From NCBI RefSeq assembly GCF_001194135.2, contig NC_068989.1, positions 21,758,036 to 21,822,035 on the forward strand: a stretch of 64,000 nt of DNA, written 5' to 3'. The DNA is from Octopus bimaculoides (lineage: Eukaryota). Both the position numbers and the translations under genes were made by a program. The notes below the pieces were generated by a model that did no database searches, was not told the origin of the DNA, and saw only the letters and a list, made by a program, of their open reading frames with translations. Of this stretch, positions 50,081-63,699 are shown one piece after another. Numbering within the stretch: position 1 is the stretch's first letter; each line of letters starts with the position of its first letter.

Positions 50081-52892
50081 TGCATCATTACTAAATCAAC
50101 ACAACCAGTTTTACTAATATACTGCTCTAATAATAATTCTATTACAGGCACAAGACCTAAAATTTGTGGGGAGGAGGAACTCAATAGCATTGACCCCAGT
50201 GCTCAACTGGTACTTATTTTTATCAACCCTGAAAGAATGAAAAGCAAAGTTGACCTCAGTGGAATTTGAACTCAGAACATAAAAACCAGACAAAAACTTG
50301 TTAAGCAATATGCTTCTGCCAGCTCGCCACCTTCAGCTTGAGAATAAAAAATTACTCTTTCTAATTTTAGCACAAAGCCAGCAATTTGAGGGAGGGGCAA
50401 GTCAAGTACTTGAATGGTACTTATTTTATCAATCTTGAAAGGCTGAAAGGCAATGCTGACCTCAGCAGGATTTGAACTGAGAAAGTAAAGAGCCAGGACA
50501 AATACCACAAAGCATTCTCAATACTAAGTAAAATTGGATATGAAGAGCAAATAAAAATAAATGAATAAATATAAACAGAGAAAATGCAAAATGATCCTCA
50601 TTTTGGGGCAATAGGAACCATAATTAAATCACACACAACACCAATACCATGAAGCAAAATAATAATAATAATCCTTTCTACTAAAAGCACAAGGCCTGAA
50701 ATTAGGGATTACATCAACTAGTACTTAATTTATCGACCCCACAGGGATGACAGGCAAAGCTGACCTCAGCAGTATTTCATCCATCTTCACAATCTGGGTT
50801 CAAATTCCACTAAGCATTTTGCCCGGTGTGCTAACGATTCTGCCAGCTCACTGCCTTAATAGTAGTAATAGTAATAATAATTAGCTGGACACATGAAGAA
50901 TTCACAGAAAACATAAAAAATGTAAGCATCTGTAAATTGTATTCTGGTGCCATGAGAAATGTTTCTCTATTGTGGCAATTACAGAATATAGAAAGAAGTG
51001 TAAAGCCGATAACCATATAATCCAACCAAAATATCTCAGTTACGCAAACGTAAACAGAATTACTATTTAACCTTAAAATACATCGTACTTATTCAAAGAA
51101 CCTTCTTGGTTTAGTGGTACGGAATGTTGTTCTGGTATTCTTTTACTTGTTTCTGTCATTTGACAGTGGACATGCTGGAGCATCGCCCTTTAGTCGAAGA
51201 TATTGGCCCCTGGGTTTATTCCCTGTAAGCCTAGTGCTTATTCTATCAGTCTCTTCTGTTGAACAGCTAAGTTATGGGGATGCAAACACACCAACATCAG
51301 TTGTCAAGAGACGGTGGTGGGGGGACAAACAGACACAAACACATAAATATATATATGACAGGCTTCTTTCAGTTTCCATCTACCAAATTCACTCACAAGG
51401 CTTTGGTTGGCCCAAGGCTGTAGTAGAAGACATTCTTTAAAGTATAGAGTTGAATTTTGTGGAGCCACCTGTTGGCAACTTTTCTCCCCACCCATTTTGT
51501 AGTGGTATTACCCATTTTTCTGGACTCTTTTCACAGCTGTACCCCATTGGAAATTTGCATTAGTTTTTGTATGCAAAAAAAAAAAAAAGAAGGAAGGGAG
51601 GGGAACTTGTTTGTAGAGAAAACGTTAAACATGCCTGAAAAGAAAAAAAAAATGGTCTTTCCACCCCAACTAAGACATGAAAAACTATCAAAGAAGGCGA
51701 ATAAGNNNNNNNNNNNNNNNNNNNNNNNNNNNNNNNNNNNNNNNNNNNNNNNNNNNNNNNNNNNNNNNNNNNNNNNNNNNNNNNNNNNNNNNNNNNNNNN
51801 NNNNNNNNNNNNGGGGGGGGGGGGGAGAGAACTAACACTCGGTCATTCTAGAAATCCCAGAATAAAAATGTAAACACCTGAAAAATTTTCCCTCTATTCG
51901 TTACTAAATTTCTTTCCTTCTTCATTGTTAAAAGTAAAGCAGCTAGAAAAGATTGATCGTATTCCCATCTAATTATTGTAAATGACTGAGGCTTTCCTTT
52001 CTCTGTCTCTATCACTTCACTCCTTTTCTCTACAGTTAAGAGAGTGAAGTTGCATGGCTCAGTGGTTAGGAGTATTCGGCCCACAATCGTCAAGTCACGA
52101 GTACAATTCCCTGCAGTATTCTTGAACAAGGTACTCTACTTCACCTTCCTGCAGTCCACTCAGCTAGCAAAAATGAGTTGTAGCTGTAATTCAAAGGGGC
52201 CAGCTTTGTCACATTCTGTGTGAGGCTGAATCTTCCACTACCTTATGGTATGCATGTCTGTGAAGCACTCGGCCACATGTGCGTTAATTTTACCAGCAGA
52301 CTGTTCCGTTGATCAGATAAACAGGAACCTCATTGTTATAACCGACAGTGCCATTTTTTAAAAAGAGTGAAAGAAAGGAAATGTTCCATATAGTAAGACA
52401 AAAAATTCATGTGCTTAGTGTAAGCACTGGAAGCTAAGACGAAATAATTGCTATTCTGTTGTGTATTTGCCCTCAATTCATGCTCAGTCTGACAACAGCC
52501 TGTGCGTCGGTGTTTATCTGGGACTTGGCCTCCAGATCTGTGAGACCCACAAATGCTGCTGTTAAGACCAGATTAACATGCATAGCGACCCTAACAACTA
52601 AAAGATTTTCCTACCCCTGTGTAGGATCTTTTTCCGTTTTCTTCCAACCATTTGAAGGTTTCTCTTGCGTTAGTCCACCTAGCTGGCCGAAATGAGCTGT
52701 AGCTGTAATTCAAAGGGGCCAGCCTTATATTTTGTGTGACACTGAATCTCCCTGAGAACTACATTAATGGTATGCATGTCTGTGGAGTACTCAGCCACTT
52801 GTGAGTTATTTTATCCTTGTGTGGTAATGAAAACTGAAAGTGACATCCAATATTTGCTGTAGTTATTCGTCTAATTTAACAATGTATCTATA

Positions 52893-53275
52893 TTCTTTTA
52901 CTTGTTTCAGTCATTTGACTGTGGCCATGCTGGAGCACCGCCTTTAGTCGAGCAAATCGACACCAAGACTTATTCTTTGTAAGCCTAGTACTTATTCTAT
53001 CGGTCTCTTTTGCCGAACCGCTAAGTTACAGGGACATAAACACACCAGCATCGATTGTCAAGTGATGTTGGGGAGGACAGACACAAACGCACACACACAC
53101 ACACATATATAGACGATGGGCTTCTTTCAGTTTCCGTCTCCCAAATCCACTCACAAGGCTTTGGTCGGCCCGAGGCTATAGTAGAAGACACTTGGCCAAG
53201 GTGCCACGCAGTGGGACTGAACCCGGAACCATGTGGTTGGTAAGCAAGCTATTTACCACACAGCCACTCATGCGC
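52893..53275 (-). mobile_element. SINE family A (full length)
   Basis: Near-identical to 26406-26794. Confidence 0.9.
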
Positions 53276-53704
53276 TTATCTATGTATCAACTTTTCTTTC
53301 CATCTATGCATCTACTGTCTCTCTCACTTCCTCTGTGTCCGTCCTCTCTCCCCCTTTTAATTTAACAATGTGTGTATGTAACTATGCATCAACTTTTGTT
53401 TCTATCTATGTATCTGCTTTTCTTGCAAGGTGATAAATATTTCAAAACACAAAACGAACGCTGTCACCGCTCAATGACTCTTTCCCTCTCTCTCTCTCTC
53501 TCTCTTTCTCTCTCACTCTCACTTCCTCTTTGAAACATTTAAAAACACAAAGCAAACAGTCACCACTCACAGTCTCTTTCACTCTCTCTCTTTCTTTCTC
53601 TCTCACTTTGCCACTCACTTCTTCCTTTGAAGTGTGACACACCACAGATACGTACGTACAAAAAGAACAAGTTGGTGTCTTAATATTATTGATAATGGTT
53701 TCAA

Positions 53705-54215
53705 ATTTTGGCACAACTTGAACTCAAAACAAAGACAGGCAAAATGTCACTAAGCATTTTGCTCGATGGGCTAACATTTCCGCCAGCTCATTGTCTTAAT
53801 TATTATTATTATAACAATACTAATAATAATCCTTTCTACTATAGGCACAAGGCCTGGAATTTTGGGGGAGGTGACTATCTGATAAAATTGACCCCAGTGT
53901 TTCACTGGAACTTAATTTATCAACCCCAAAAGAATGAAAGGTAAAGTCAACCCTGGCAGAATTTGAACTCAGAACACAAAGACAGTGGAATGCCACTACG
54001 CATTTTGCCCCAGTATATTAACGATTCTGTCAGCTTGTCACCACAATAATAATCTTTTCTACTAAAGGTACAAGGCCTGAAATTTGCGGGAATGTAAAGA
54101 TGGACAAAATGCAGCTCAGCATTTTGCCTGGCATGCTAACGATTCTGCCAGCTCACCACCTTAATAATAACAATCATTTCTAATATTGGCACAAGGCCAT
54201 ACATTTGGAAAAGGT
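53705..54215 (-). repeat. Cluster of head-to-tail partial family B SINE copies
   Basis: Repeated aataatcctttctact...ggcacaaggcc and ctaacgattctgccagctc blocks, several times in about 500 bp. Confidence 0.75.
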
Positions 54216-54305
54216 ACAGTCCATTAAATCAAGCCAAGCTCTTGAGCAATATTATTTACTGATGTCAGTTAAATAAAAAAAATAACAAAGAGGTGGTTGG
54301 TCACA

Positions 54306-54703
54306 ATCATCATCATCGTTTAACATCCGCCTTCCATGCTAGCATGGGTTGGACGATTTGACTGAGGACTGGTGAAACCGGATGGCAACACCNNNNNNNN
54401 NNNNNNNNNNNNNNNNNNNNNNNNNNNNNNNNNNNNNNNNNNNNNNNNNNNNNNNNNNNNTGCTTTTACGTGTCACCCGCACGAAGGCCAGTCAGGCGGT
54501 ACTGGCAACAGCCACGCTCAAAATGGTGTATTTTATGTGCCACCCGCACAAGAGCCAGTTCAAGAGCACTGGCAACGATCTCACTCGAAAATCATACGAA
54601 GGCCAGTCAGGCGGTACTGGCAACGGTCACGCTCAAAATGGTGTATTTTATGTGCCACCCGCACAAGAGCCAGTCCAGGGGCACTGGCAACGATCTCGCT
54701 CAT
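54306..54703 (-). mobile_element. SINE family C (long form with internal 115-bp modules; contains an N gap)
   Basis: Same tail as the 48.3-kb copy; module starts at 54483 and 54598. Confidence 0.85.
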
Positions 54704-56924
54704 TAGATATAAAATTGAAGATAACAAGAATAAACCTCAGTGTAGTGCAATGAAACTAAGCACTGGAGCATAAACTGATGCTCTACTATTTCTGCCACAG
54801 CAAGAGGACATACTTAGTTAGTTACAGAGAACTATCTAGATGTGGATGTTGGTTCATGAGAACATATTTACAATCTATCATACATATCTTGAGAGCTTTG
54901 TATGATCTGTATAGGTATAAAAAGGAAAAATCTTGTTTTGTTGCTTTTAGAACTTTAACTGCAAATATTCAATGCTAACATATTTCATTGTAACATACAC
55001 TTTACTGAAATCTTGATTAAAATATTGTTCCCAAGTTAAGATTATTTGTTCTAGATGACAATGAATTTGTATTTTTTTTTTTTTAATCAAAAGATCATCA
55101 AATATACCACCTGTTCTACAAAACACACATTGTTTTAACATCTACTTTTCCATGCTTGCATGAGTCAAACAAAATTCATTAAGGGAAGTTTTCTATGGCC
55201 AGATGCCCTTCCTGTCACCAATTCTCACCTGTTTTCATACAAGGTAATATTTACCCTTGACCATACTTTCAGAATTATATTTGTCTAGCAAGTGACTTAA
55301 TCTAAGACCAGGTATTGAAATTAAATCATACTACCACATGGAAGAGCCATTGAAACTATTTAACATCCGAAGCTTTTAAATTCTTTTTGAATTTTTCTTG
55401 AGGAATAAAAATCTTCGTCTCACAAGTGTGACCTGGTCATTGACGCAATTCCACTACAACATAGTCAAACTGTATCAACAACTTGGTCAAGATGGAAAGT
55501 TCATCTCATGAAATAAACTTCAAATTAATTTAACACCATTGAATGTAAATAAATTGCTAGAATGGTTCTTCAATGATGCCTCTAAATTATCTATTATATG
55601 TGTGTGTGTGTGTGTGTGTGTGTACATTTTATTAATGACAAATTTAGTATTTTAAAATTAGGTTTCTTAATTTAGCATCTTTTATAAGTCATCAGGAAAT
55701 GGATTTTTATAATTGGCTTATCTTACAATTCTGAAACACTCAGCTATGAAATGAGAGCTTCTACTATTTTTAGGTTGACTGACAAATGTGAGAATATGGA
55801 TGACTGAACTAATAGGGCACCTGACAAGTAACTCAGATGCCCGCAGTTTGAATCCTGTCACTGGTATTTTGCTGTGTCCATGGCCAAGTCACTAGGAAAG
55901 AACAGAACATTATTTAACACTGTCACAATATGGAGACATTGAGTGTGCTGTGTCAACTAGTGAGGTGTCAACAAACCAAGGTTGGAGAACTATTCTTTTA
56001 AGTACCAGGAGTCAATTGCAAATATATAACCTATGGTAGCACATTTTTCTAACCTATGGTAGAAAAATAATGAATTTTTAAATTTATAAATATGTAACAT
56101 TAAATTGTTTTGGTATACTGTTTTGACATATTTTCAAATAGGTTTTTTTGAAAACATCTGTAAGGACAGTTGTATATGTGAATGTGAGAGAAATTTTACC
56201 CACACTCAAAGGCTTTACCCTATCCAAGTCTAACTAAACACCTGAGGTATGCCATTTGTCCTGACATACAAAGGGGTCCTCTACACAAAGGGTGTACATC
56301 TTGCCCTAAAATGCAAGATGTACATGCTTTCTGACCTAACTGACCCACGTGAAGCATACCATGTGTCCTACATGCAAGAGGCTTCCTCCATCTTGATCTA
56401 ACTGACCACATGAGATATACCATGTGTTCTAACAAGTGAAATAAACGTAAAATAAAAATGTAAATATATATATAACACTGGACATCATACCTGCAATTAA
56501 TCCCAAACTAATCATCCTATTGCAACAGAATAGCAGCAATAAGCCTATTAATTACTAATGCTTTGCTGACATACAAAAGGCTCACGCCACTTGAGGAAAA
56601 CTAGACACATTTATAGCTATGCATGTTAATAAAATGTTTATAAAGATTAGTTTAATTGCTTTGGAGTTTCATTGTTGTCACTGCTCCTATCAAATAATCT
56701 AGACTAGAGTAAAATAATGAAGGTTGACATGACATTGTTGTTTAACCTCAAGTCAGCCCTGACTTCATAGACATACAATCAGGCTTTGAAACCATGAACA
56801 CTCCAGGCTTCCTTCTTGTCAGCATTATCTAGGATTACATTATCCAAAGTGTTAAGCCCATTTTTAAAGATGGAGGGATGTGATCCATTGCAGATTTCTC
56901 TATTTCTAGCAGGTCACCAACAAT

Positions 56925-57764
56925 TTGGTTGTCACATAAATTCATTTCTTACTTTAAATGTTATTTGAACAAGACAGATTTTTTTTATTGTAGTGATTTA
57001 TGGGAAGTTTTTTGTAGCCCTAGTTTTTCTCTACAACTTTTGTTCACTATTTTTGAAATTTGGATAAATTTTACTTCTTGATATGACAAAGAAGTACCAA
57101 GCAGAGAAAAATGAGTACTTTTGACACCTACTTCTATTTACTTTCAATCAAGGTTCCATGCTGCTGCTGAGTAGAGAGAAGCCACTATTTCTGAAAGAAC
57201 TGCACAGAAATGGTTTGACCACACAAACTCTCTGCATTCTGGTTGGCCTGTTCAGTTCAATGAGCACTGATTAAAAACTCTACATGGATCTAAACCAATC
57301 CACTAGAGAACTGGCCCAGCAGATGGGATGCTATCATGGGACCATCATTTGTCACTTTCTCTGAATAAGGTAACATCCAAATGACCAACCAGTGAAACTG
57401 CATGCTTCATCAACACAAGGCTCACCCCTGCATTGATAATTTGGCTAAAAATACTATTCAAAAACTCAGTTGGGAAGTTCTCCTGCAACAACCATATTCT
57501 GCTGCTGTAGTACCTTCAGGTTATCACCTTTCTCAGTTACTGTACTGTCTGAAAGGTATTTCATTCAAAACAATGTGGAGCTAAAAATGTGGTTCAATGG
57601 ATTCTTCAAGTCAAGGCCCAATAATTTCTAGTGTCAAAGCTAGTGAAACACTGGCAAGAAGTCAGGAACAAAAAAAAGGAGAATATATTAACTGATATGT
57701 TAAGTGTTCATGAAAAATAAGGATTAAAATAAATGCAAAAACAAATGAATTTATCTGACAATCC
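56925..57764 (+). mobile_element. Internally deleted, degenerate mariner transposon
   Basis: TIR GGTTGTCACATAAATTCATTT / AAATGAATTTATCTGACAATCC. LHQHKAHP...IQKLSWEVL..PYSAAVVPSGYHL matches the mariner LHDNARPH...PYSPDLAPSDYHL region. Confidence 0.8.
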
Positions 57765-57909
57765 GCTACATAATGTCTCCTTTGTTAGCTAAATTATTTC
57801 ATGTGTTTTAATTTAGTCTAATGGTGCATAATCGCATTTGATACAATCCAGTATTTGAATGATATCTTTGCTTTATTTGTTTTCTTTGTTTTTTGTTCTT
57901 TTTTCATAG

Positions 57910-58140
57910 CTCAGCCAGGGGGAAGGGCCACAACCTTTTGCATTTGACCTGAGAAGTTGGGTAGGGGATATCAATGTAACCTCAGACTGGGAACCTGGAC
58001 CAAATGTTAGCAACAAAGCTGGTACTCCACTAGAATGAGCTCAAGGTGTAGTGGCCGATGGTAAGGTTAAACCAAATAATAAATTAGGACGTGTTCTGAT
58101 TGAACATGATTTAAAAAGGCTAAATGTATCACTGCCCACT
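57910..58140 (+). mobile_element. Probable relic of a LINE APE-endonuclease N-terminus
   Basis: Frameshifted LRLGTW(NV) followed by ...LIEHDLKRLNV resembles the RTE start LRIGTWNVR...ELKRYNI. Confidence 0.4.
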
Positions 58141-59097
58141 CTTCTGAACCACAAAAATAAAGATACATAATTTTATTATGCTGAAGGAGCTTTGGGAAAG
58201 CAATACATTTCCCAAAGGATGTAACCAGATACCGCAATATGTTTAATGAAACTACTAACCATTCCTTATGGAAACAATGAGATGAAGATGCAAAATACCT
58301 CAACTGTCACATTGTACCCCAACACAATATAAATATTGCATGACAGTTCGCAATGAGTTTGCACATCAAACTGATTCATGTCTTAAACATAAACTGGATC
58401 TAAAAATAACTATCAGAAACTCAACAAAATAACAACAGCAGCAGCAGCAACATTCTCTCAAACAGTTAAGTAGTTTGTGTAGAGAATGACAGTTAAAACA
58501 AGCATTATATAATATCTATTACTTTCCATCACCTCTGAACCTGTTTGTTCCATTATCTACACTTAGAAACGTATCACACAGAGGGACACTACAGCAAAAA
58601 ACAATAGATCTACTGTTAAAGTGTTGGATTATAAGAACATGATCGCAAATTCAAATGGTACAACTTTCAAATATTGCGCTCCTGAATTTGTCTAGCTGAC
58701 TAGCCAAGATTTTACTCCATCACAGCTGATTGGTTCCTAGTAAAGTGGTTTGGTTGTGAAAAATTATGTTCAGATAATGTGATCTCATGGAAAAAGGTGC
58801 AAATCAGAAATAAAATTTATTTTTCACTTGTGAAACTTACAGAGAATTTCCTTTAGAAAAATACTAAACACCAAATTTTAGCCCGTAATATTTTGAACTT
58901 GCTATGCCCAACCATCAGAGCCCTCAATTACTTCATGTAAAGAAATGACTCAACAATGTACATACATTCATGAATTTGAATAAATTTTCAACCCCCAAAA
59001 ATACATTCACAGCAGTAGTGTTCACCCAATGATGAAACAAGTAGGGGACATGTTTTGAAAGTTAACTCAATAAACTTGATCTTTAAAAGCTGTACCG

Positions 59098-59134
<37 letters not shown>

Positions 59135-59139
59135 AAGGT

Positions 59140-59490
59140 ATAGCTGTATGGTAAGAAGCTTGCTTCACTATCACAAGGCTCTGGGTTCAATCCTACTGTG
59201 TGGTACCTTGGTCAAGAGTCTACTATAGTCTCAGGCCAACCAAAAGCCATGTGAGTGGATTTGGTAGGTGAAAACTGAAAGAAGCCTATCGTATGTGTGT
59301 GTGTGTCACCACTGCTTGACAACCAGTGTTGATATGTTCATGTCCCTGTAACTTAGCAGTTCAGTAAAAGAGACTGATAGAATAAATAGTAGGCTTTAAA
59401 AAAAAGTCCTGGAGTTGATTTATTCGACTAAAAACCCTTCAAGGCGGTGCCCCAGCATGGCCATAATCAAATGACTGATACAAGTATAAG
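59140..59490 (+). mobile_element. SINE family A (diverged)
   Basis: gctgtatggtaagaagcttgc...gggttcaatcc head and ggcggtgccccagcatggcc...gactgatacaag tail. Confidence 0.8.
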
Positions 59491-59962
59491 TAGAAGATAT
59501 AAAGTCCAACAAATACTAACATTGAAGTAAACCCAGGCACACATAGCTTGCATATATATATATACATGATGGGCTAAAATGATCCTTAAGAATAATGTAT
59601 ATTTAAAATTAAAATCAGAAAAAAAATGACTTAATTATTTAATAACTTTCAACAGCTGTTTCATAAAGAATAGACATCATTAATTCCATAATTAAGAAAT
59701 ATAATGTAAATAAATTTAAATGATTTAAAGCATTGTTTATCCCAAATCATCAAGATTACAAATTATGCTAATCATAGACCATAATATTCCTGATGATTTG
59801 ACATAAACATTGCTTTAAATTAATTCAAGTTCAACTAGTTTATATTAATTATGTATGTTGATTACATAATTATTGAACCAATCATCCTTATTCCTAAGAA
59901 ACAACGGCTGAATGTAATTAGATATTGTTAACTGTGGCTATCAAATCTGAAAACATAGTGAA

Positions 59963-59993
<31 letters not shown>

Positions 59994-61189
59994 ACACATA
60001 TCTAAAAAAGAGAGAAAGAGATGATCTGTTGTAATCTCTGCATGGGAATGATCATGTTACTTATTAATAATGGTGGTGGTGGTGAGATTAATAAAACAAT
60101 GTCAATTATTATTGCTTTAAGATGATCGTAGTTCATGTAATGGTGAGGGGAAAATTACAGTCTTTTGACTTCTAAAGAGCAAATGATTTAAGAATAAATT
60201 TCATGATGGAAACGTTAGGTAGATAGGTAAACAGACAGAGATATGGCACCTCATGAATTTACAATATGTTGACTGAGCCAATAAGAGTCTCTACTAAGTT
60301 GCTGGACCTGTTGGAAATAACATCCAAATAACCCTCAAATCACACTACTACTTAAAAAAAAAAAAAAAAGCATTGGATAATGTAACACTAGATGGCACAA
60401 TGTCAAGATAAAAGATGAGATTGTGTCAGCTTAATCAGGACTAACAAAGGGATAGACAACTGCATGTAAGCTAATATCAGTGATAGTATTTACATGGTTG
60501 TTTGGCCTGCTAGAAATAACAGCTAAAATCTTTTCCAATTACAACTGTCTTGAAATTCAGAGATACATTGGATAATACAGTTCTGAGTATATAATGCTTG
60601 CAAAAAGGGCACAGGAGAGGGTAACAATGGCTGAAATGCCTCTGATCACAAGTCTGTTCAGTCATGACAGACCTGGGGCTAAACAAGTATTTATTTTCTA
60701 TTGAATTTTGGTTTATATTCCTCCTTCTCTAATTTCTCAATTCCACTTAAACTTGTTTAATTAGCAAATGCTAATTAAACAAAAACCAAAATATAGAGAA
60801 AATTAAAGATTTTTGTCCCTAAAATGCTGTAAAAATTGATAAATTACAAGATGAATAAGAAAGTATTGACCACAACTAATGTTCTAGTTATTATTACCTC
60901 ATTCACATACATTAGTCATTGGAACACTGAGGGCAGCAGGGGTGGTATTGCTTTCACTTTCATAGATTTTTGTATTATTAATGGAGAGAGAAGGCAGAGC
61001 AATAATAGGTAAGTTTTGCAGGACTTTCTGGATTTCTATGGTTGAAAAACATTATTTTATTAATGTTGATGCATACAGAGAAAATGTGGCAAGGAAGTTT
61101 TTGTGAGAAGTGTTTAATGTTGAGTTTAGTACTAGACACAGAAGGAATGACAAGAGAAGTGGAAGTATCAGGTTGGTTTAGGCAGTGGG

Positions 61190-61410
61190 ACAGTGAGGGT
61201 GTGATGCTCATAGTAGCAGTAGTTATGGAGAGCGATGGTATGGAGCTTACTGTAGTAATAGTAGGAGTGATGGTATGGAATACATAGCAGCAGCAGTGAT
61301 AGAGTGATGGTATGGAGCACATTGTAGTGTAGCAACAGTGATAGTAGGGAGCTTATAGTAGTAGCAATGACGTTGGACAATGATAGTATGGAACTGTTGC
61401 AGCAGTAAAG
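61190..61410. repeat. Degenerate minisatellite built on GAGTGATGGTATGGA plus (GTA/GCA)n
   Basis: Motif recurs at about 61230, 61265 and 61302 with a degenerate copy at about 61382; explains the low-complexity ORFs 60978-61456. Confidence 0.7.
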
Positions 61411-61549
61411 GAGACAATGAAGTGATTAAGGTGTCAGTGTATTGCATAAATATCAAATGCTATAGTAGGCCTCAAATTGGTGTTTATACATGCAGTGTAT
61501 TACTTTTCCCAGGCTATGAAGATAGTTCAGAGAGCAACTACCCTTGTTA

Positions 61550-61990
61550 GGAACAAAAAGTATTTTTGCTTAAAGTGAAAAACATATTGCATAATGCTTG
61601 TGCACAAACTGCAATGCTACATGGTAGTAAGACATAGGTATTAAATGTAAGAGGATAGCTAGCATTAACAGATTGCATAATGCCTGTGTACAAACTCCAA
61701 TGCTACATGGTAGTAAGACATAGGTATTAAATGTAAGAGGATAGCTAGCATGCTCCGCTGGACTGTAACATCAGTGTACATGAACAATGAAGTACAGATA
61801 TGTTGGAATAAAAACTGAGCATAAGAAGAATTGAGTGCAAGGGAGAGTGTATTGGTATGGAAATGCGATGCATATGTCCGAGGGCAGCTGTATAAAAACG
61901 TATTGAGTGCTTAATGTGGATGGAGCTTGTGGAAGAAGGAGACCAGGAATATATGGGATGACAGAGCTGAGACTGACTGGTGACACAGTT
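61550..61990 (+). mobile_element. Degenerate RTE-clade LINE fragment containing an 86-bp tandem duplication
   Basis: AMLHGS.T motif, tggtatggaaatgcgatgcatatg and gcttgtggaagaaggagaccagg blocks resemble 22.8-23.1 kb; repeat units start at 61586 and 61672. Confidence 0.65.
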
Positions 61991-62804
61991 CTCAAGAAGA
62001 CCCACACATCATAGTGAAACTGAAGTTTTGGGAGTATAAATTGGCTGAGAGGGTCCCCTAACTGGACCTTCTTACTTAGTCTGTTACTATCAAGACCACT
62101 CCCTCCATCTTTATATCACTCATCCTTCACCTTCCTCTCCCAATTATTACAACCTTGTCCATAAGTTTCATAACTTTGATGTTGGCTTTCTCTCTTAATG
62201 ATTTCAATTAATTGTACCACTATTAGTTCCATGTATGATAAGGTCTTAACATTCAGAAACCAGTTTATAACAATTTTGAATAAAAAAAATAAATAAAACA
62301 GCAGCAAAATATTGTTCAAACCACATGAGTAGATGGAAAACAATGATGATGATATTTGTTGCATCATTAATTCAATATCAAGTTGACATTGGTTGCAAGC
62401 TTGTAGGAAATGATTGGAGATTTGGTTGCTATTTCTAGCAGGTTAAGTGAATTAGAAGCTCTCTCATTGACACTTTTTATAAGTTTCTAAGAGGACACAA
62501 GGCCTATAATTTTGGGGAAGAGTTAAGTCAGCTAAAGCAACTCTTGTACTTGACAGGCACTTTATGAATCCTAGACAGAGAAGGTAACAGTGATTTTGAT
62601 GGAATTTGAATGCAGAATGTAAAGAACCAGAAATACTGCAAAACATTTTGTCCAAAGCTCTAACAATTCTTTCCCTTAACCTTCTTTCTGGTCTCCCATT
62701 CTACATTAGCTTAGATTTCAAAGGATAAGTGCCATGATAATAGGAGAGAAGCTGACATAGGAAACTGGAAAGAAAGTTAGTATATAATCATGGCAATAAC
62801 AACA

Positions 62805-63375
62805 ATAATCCTTACAACTAAAGGCACAAGGCCTGAAATTTCAGGGTAAGGGACTAGTCAGTTACATCGACCCCAGTGTTTCACTGGCAGTTAATTTATC
62901 AACCCTGAAGGGATGAAAGGCAAAGTTGAACTCAGCAGAATTTAACTCAAAATGTAAAAACATTAAATACTGCTTAGCATTTTACCTGGTGTGCTAACGA
63001 TTTTGCCAGCTTGCTGCCTTATAGTAATAATAATAATCCTTTCTACTGTAGACAGAAGGCCTGAAATTTGGGGTAAAGGATTAAGTCGATCGCATCGACC
63101 CCAGTGCGTAACTGGTACTTATTTAATTGGCCCTGAAAGGATGAAAAGCAAAGCTGACCTTGATGGAATTTGAACTCAGAACATAGCAACAAATAAAATA
63201 CCACTAAGCATTTCGCCTGGCGTAATAATAATCCTTTCTATTATAGGCACAAGGCCCATAAATTTAAGGGAGGGGGCATGTTGATTACATTGCTCCCCCC
63301 AACCTACCTCCCAATGTTCAACCGGTACTTATTTTGTCTGGCATGCTAATAATTCTACCAGCTTGTCCACCTTAA
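62805..63375 (-). repeat. Cluster of head-to-tail family B SINE copies
   Basis: Two near-complete copies plus a partial third, joined by (AAT)n tails. Confidence 0.8.
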
Positions 63376-63699
63376 TAATAATAATAAAAATGACTGGTTT
63401 TTACTATTTCAACCAGTTTACAGCAGTGATTCATTCAGTTGCCTGCAAACAGCAACGGCAATCGTGATTCAAAGCATGTACATTATGTGTAAATTTACAT
63501 CGACTGTTTTAAAGGGGTTAAATCAAGAGCAGATCATACAAGGAGTATGTAGGACTGGGCAGTAGTTCATTGAGAGAAAGGGGCAGAGGGGGAGAGAGAA
63601 AGGAAAAAGAGGGTATTGAGGAGAATATGAAAGCAGGGCAGAGCGATGGCTAAAAGAGAATAGGCAAAAGTAACTAAAGCAAAATATGAAAATAGAATA

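Noticed and set aside
52459-52695. SVFIWDL…RLTCI looks WD40-like
   Set aside because: Lacks the WD40 GH and D signature positions, has a weak donor, is flanked by SINEs, and no other WD40 exons occur in the window.
58036-58038. In-frame TGA as possible selenocysteine in the 57910-58060 segment
   Set aside because: No Cys/Sec redox motif context, no SECIS identified, and the frame is better explained as a decayed LINE endonuclease.
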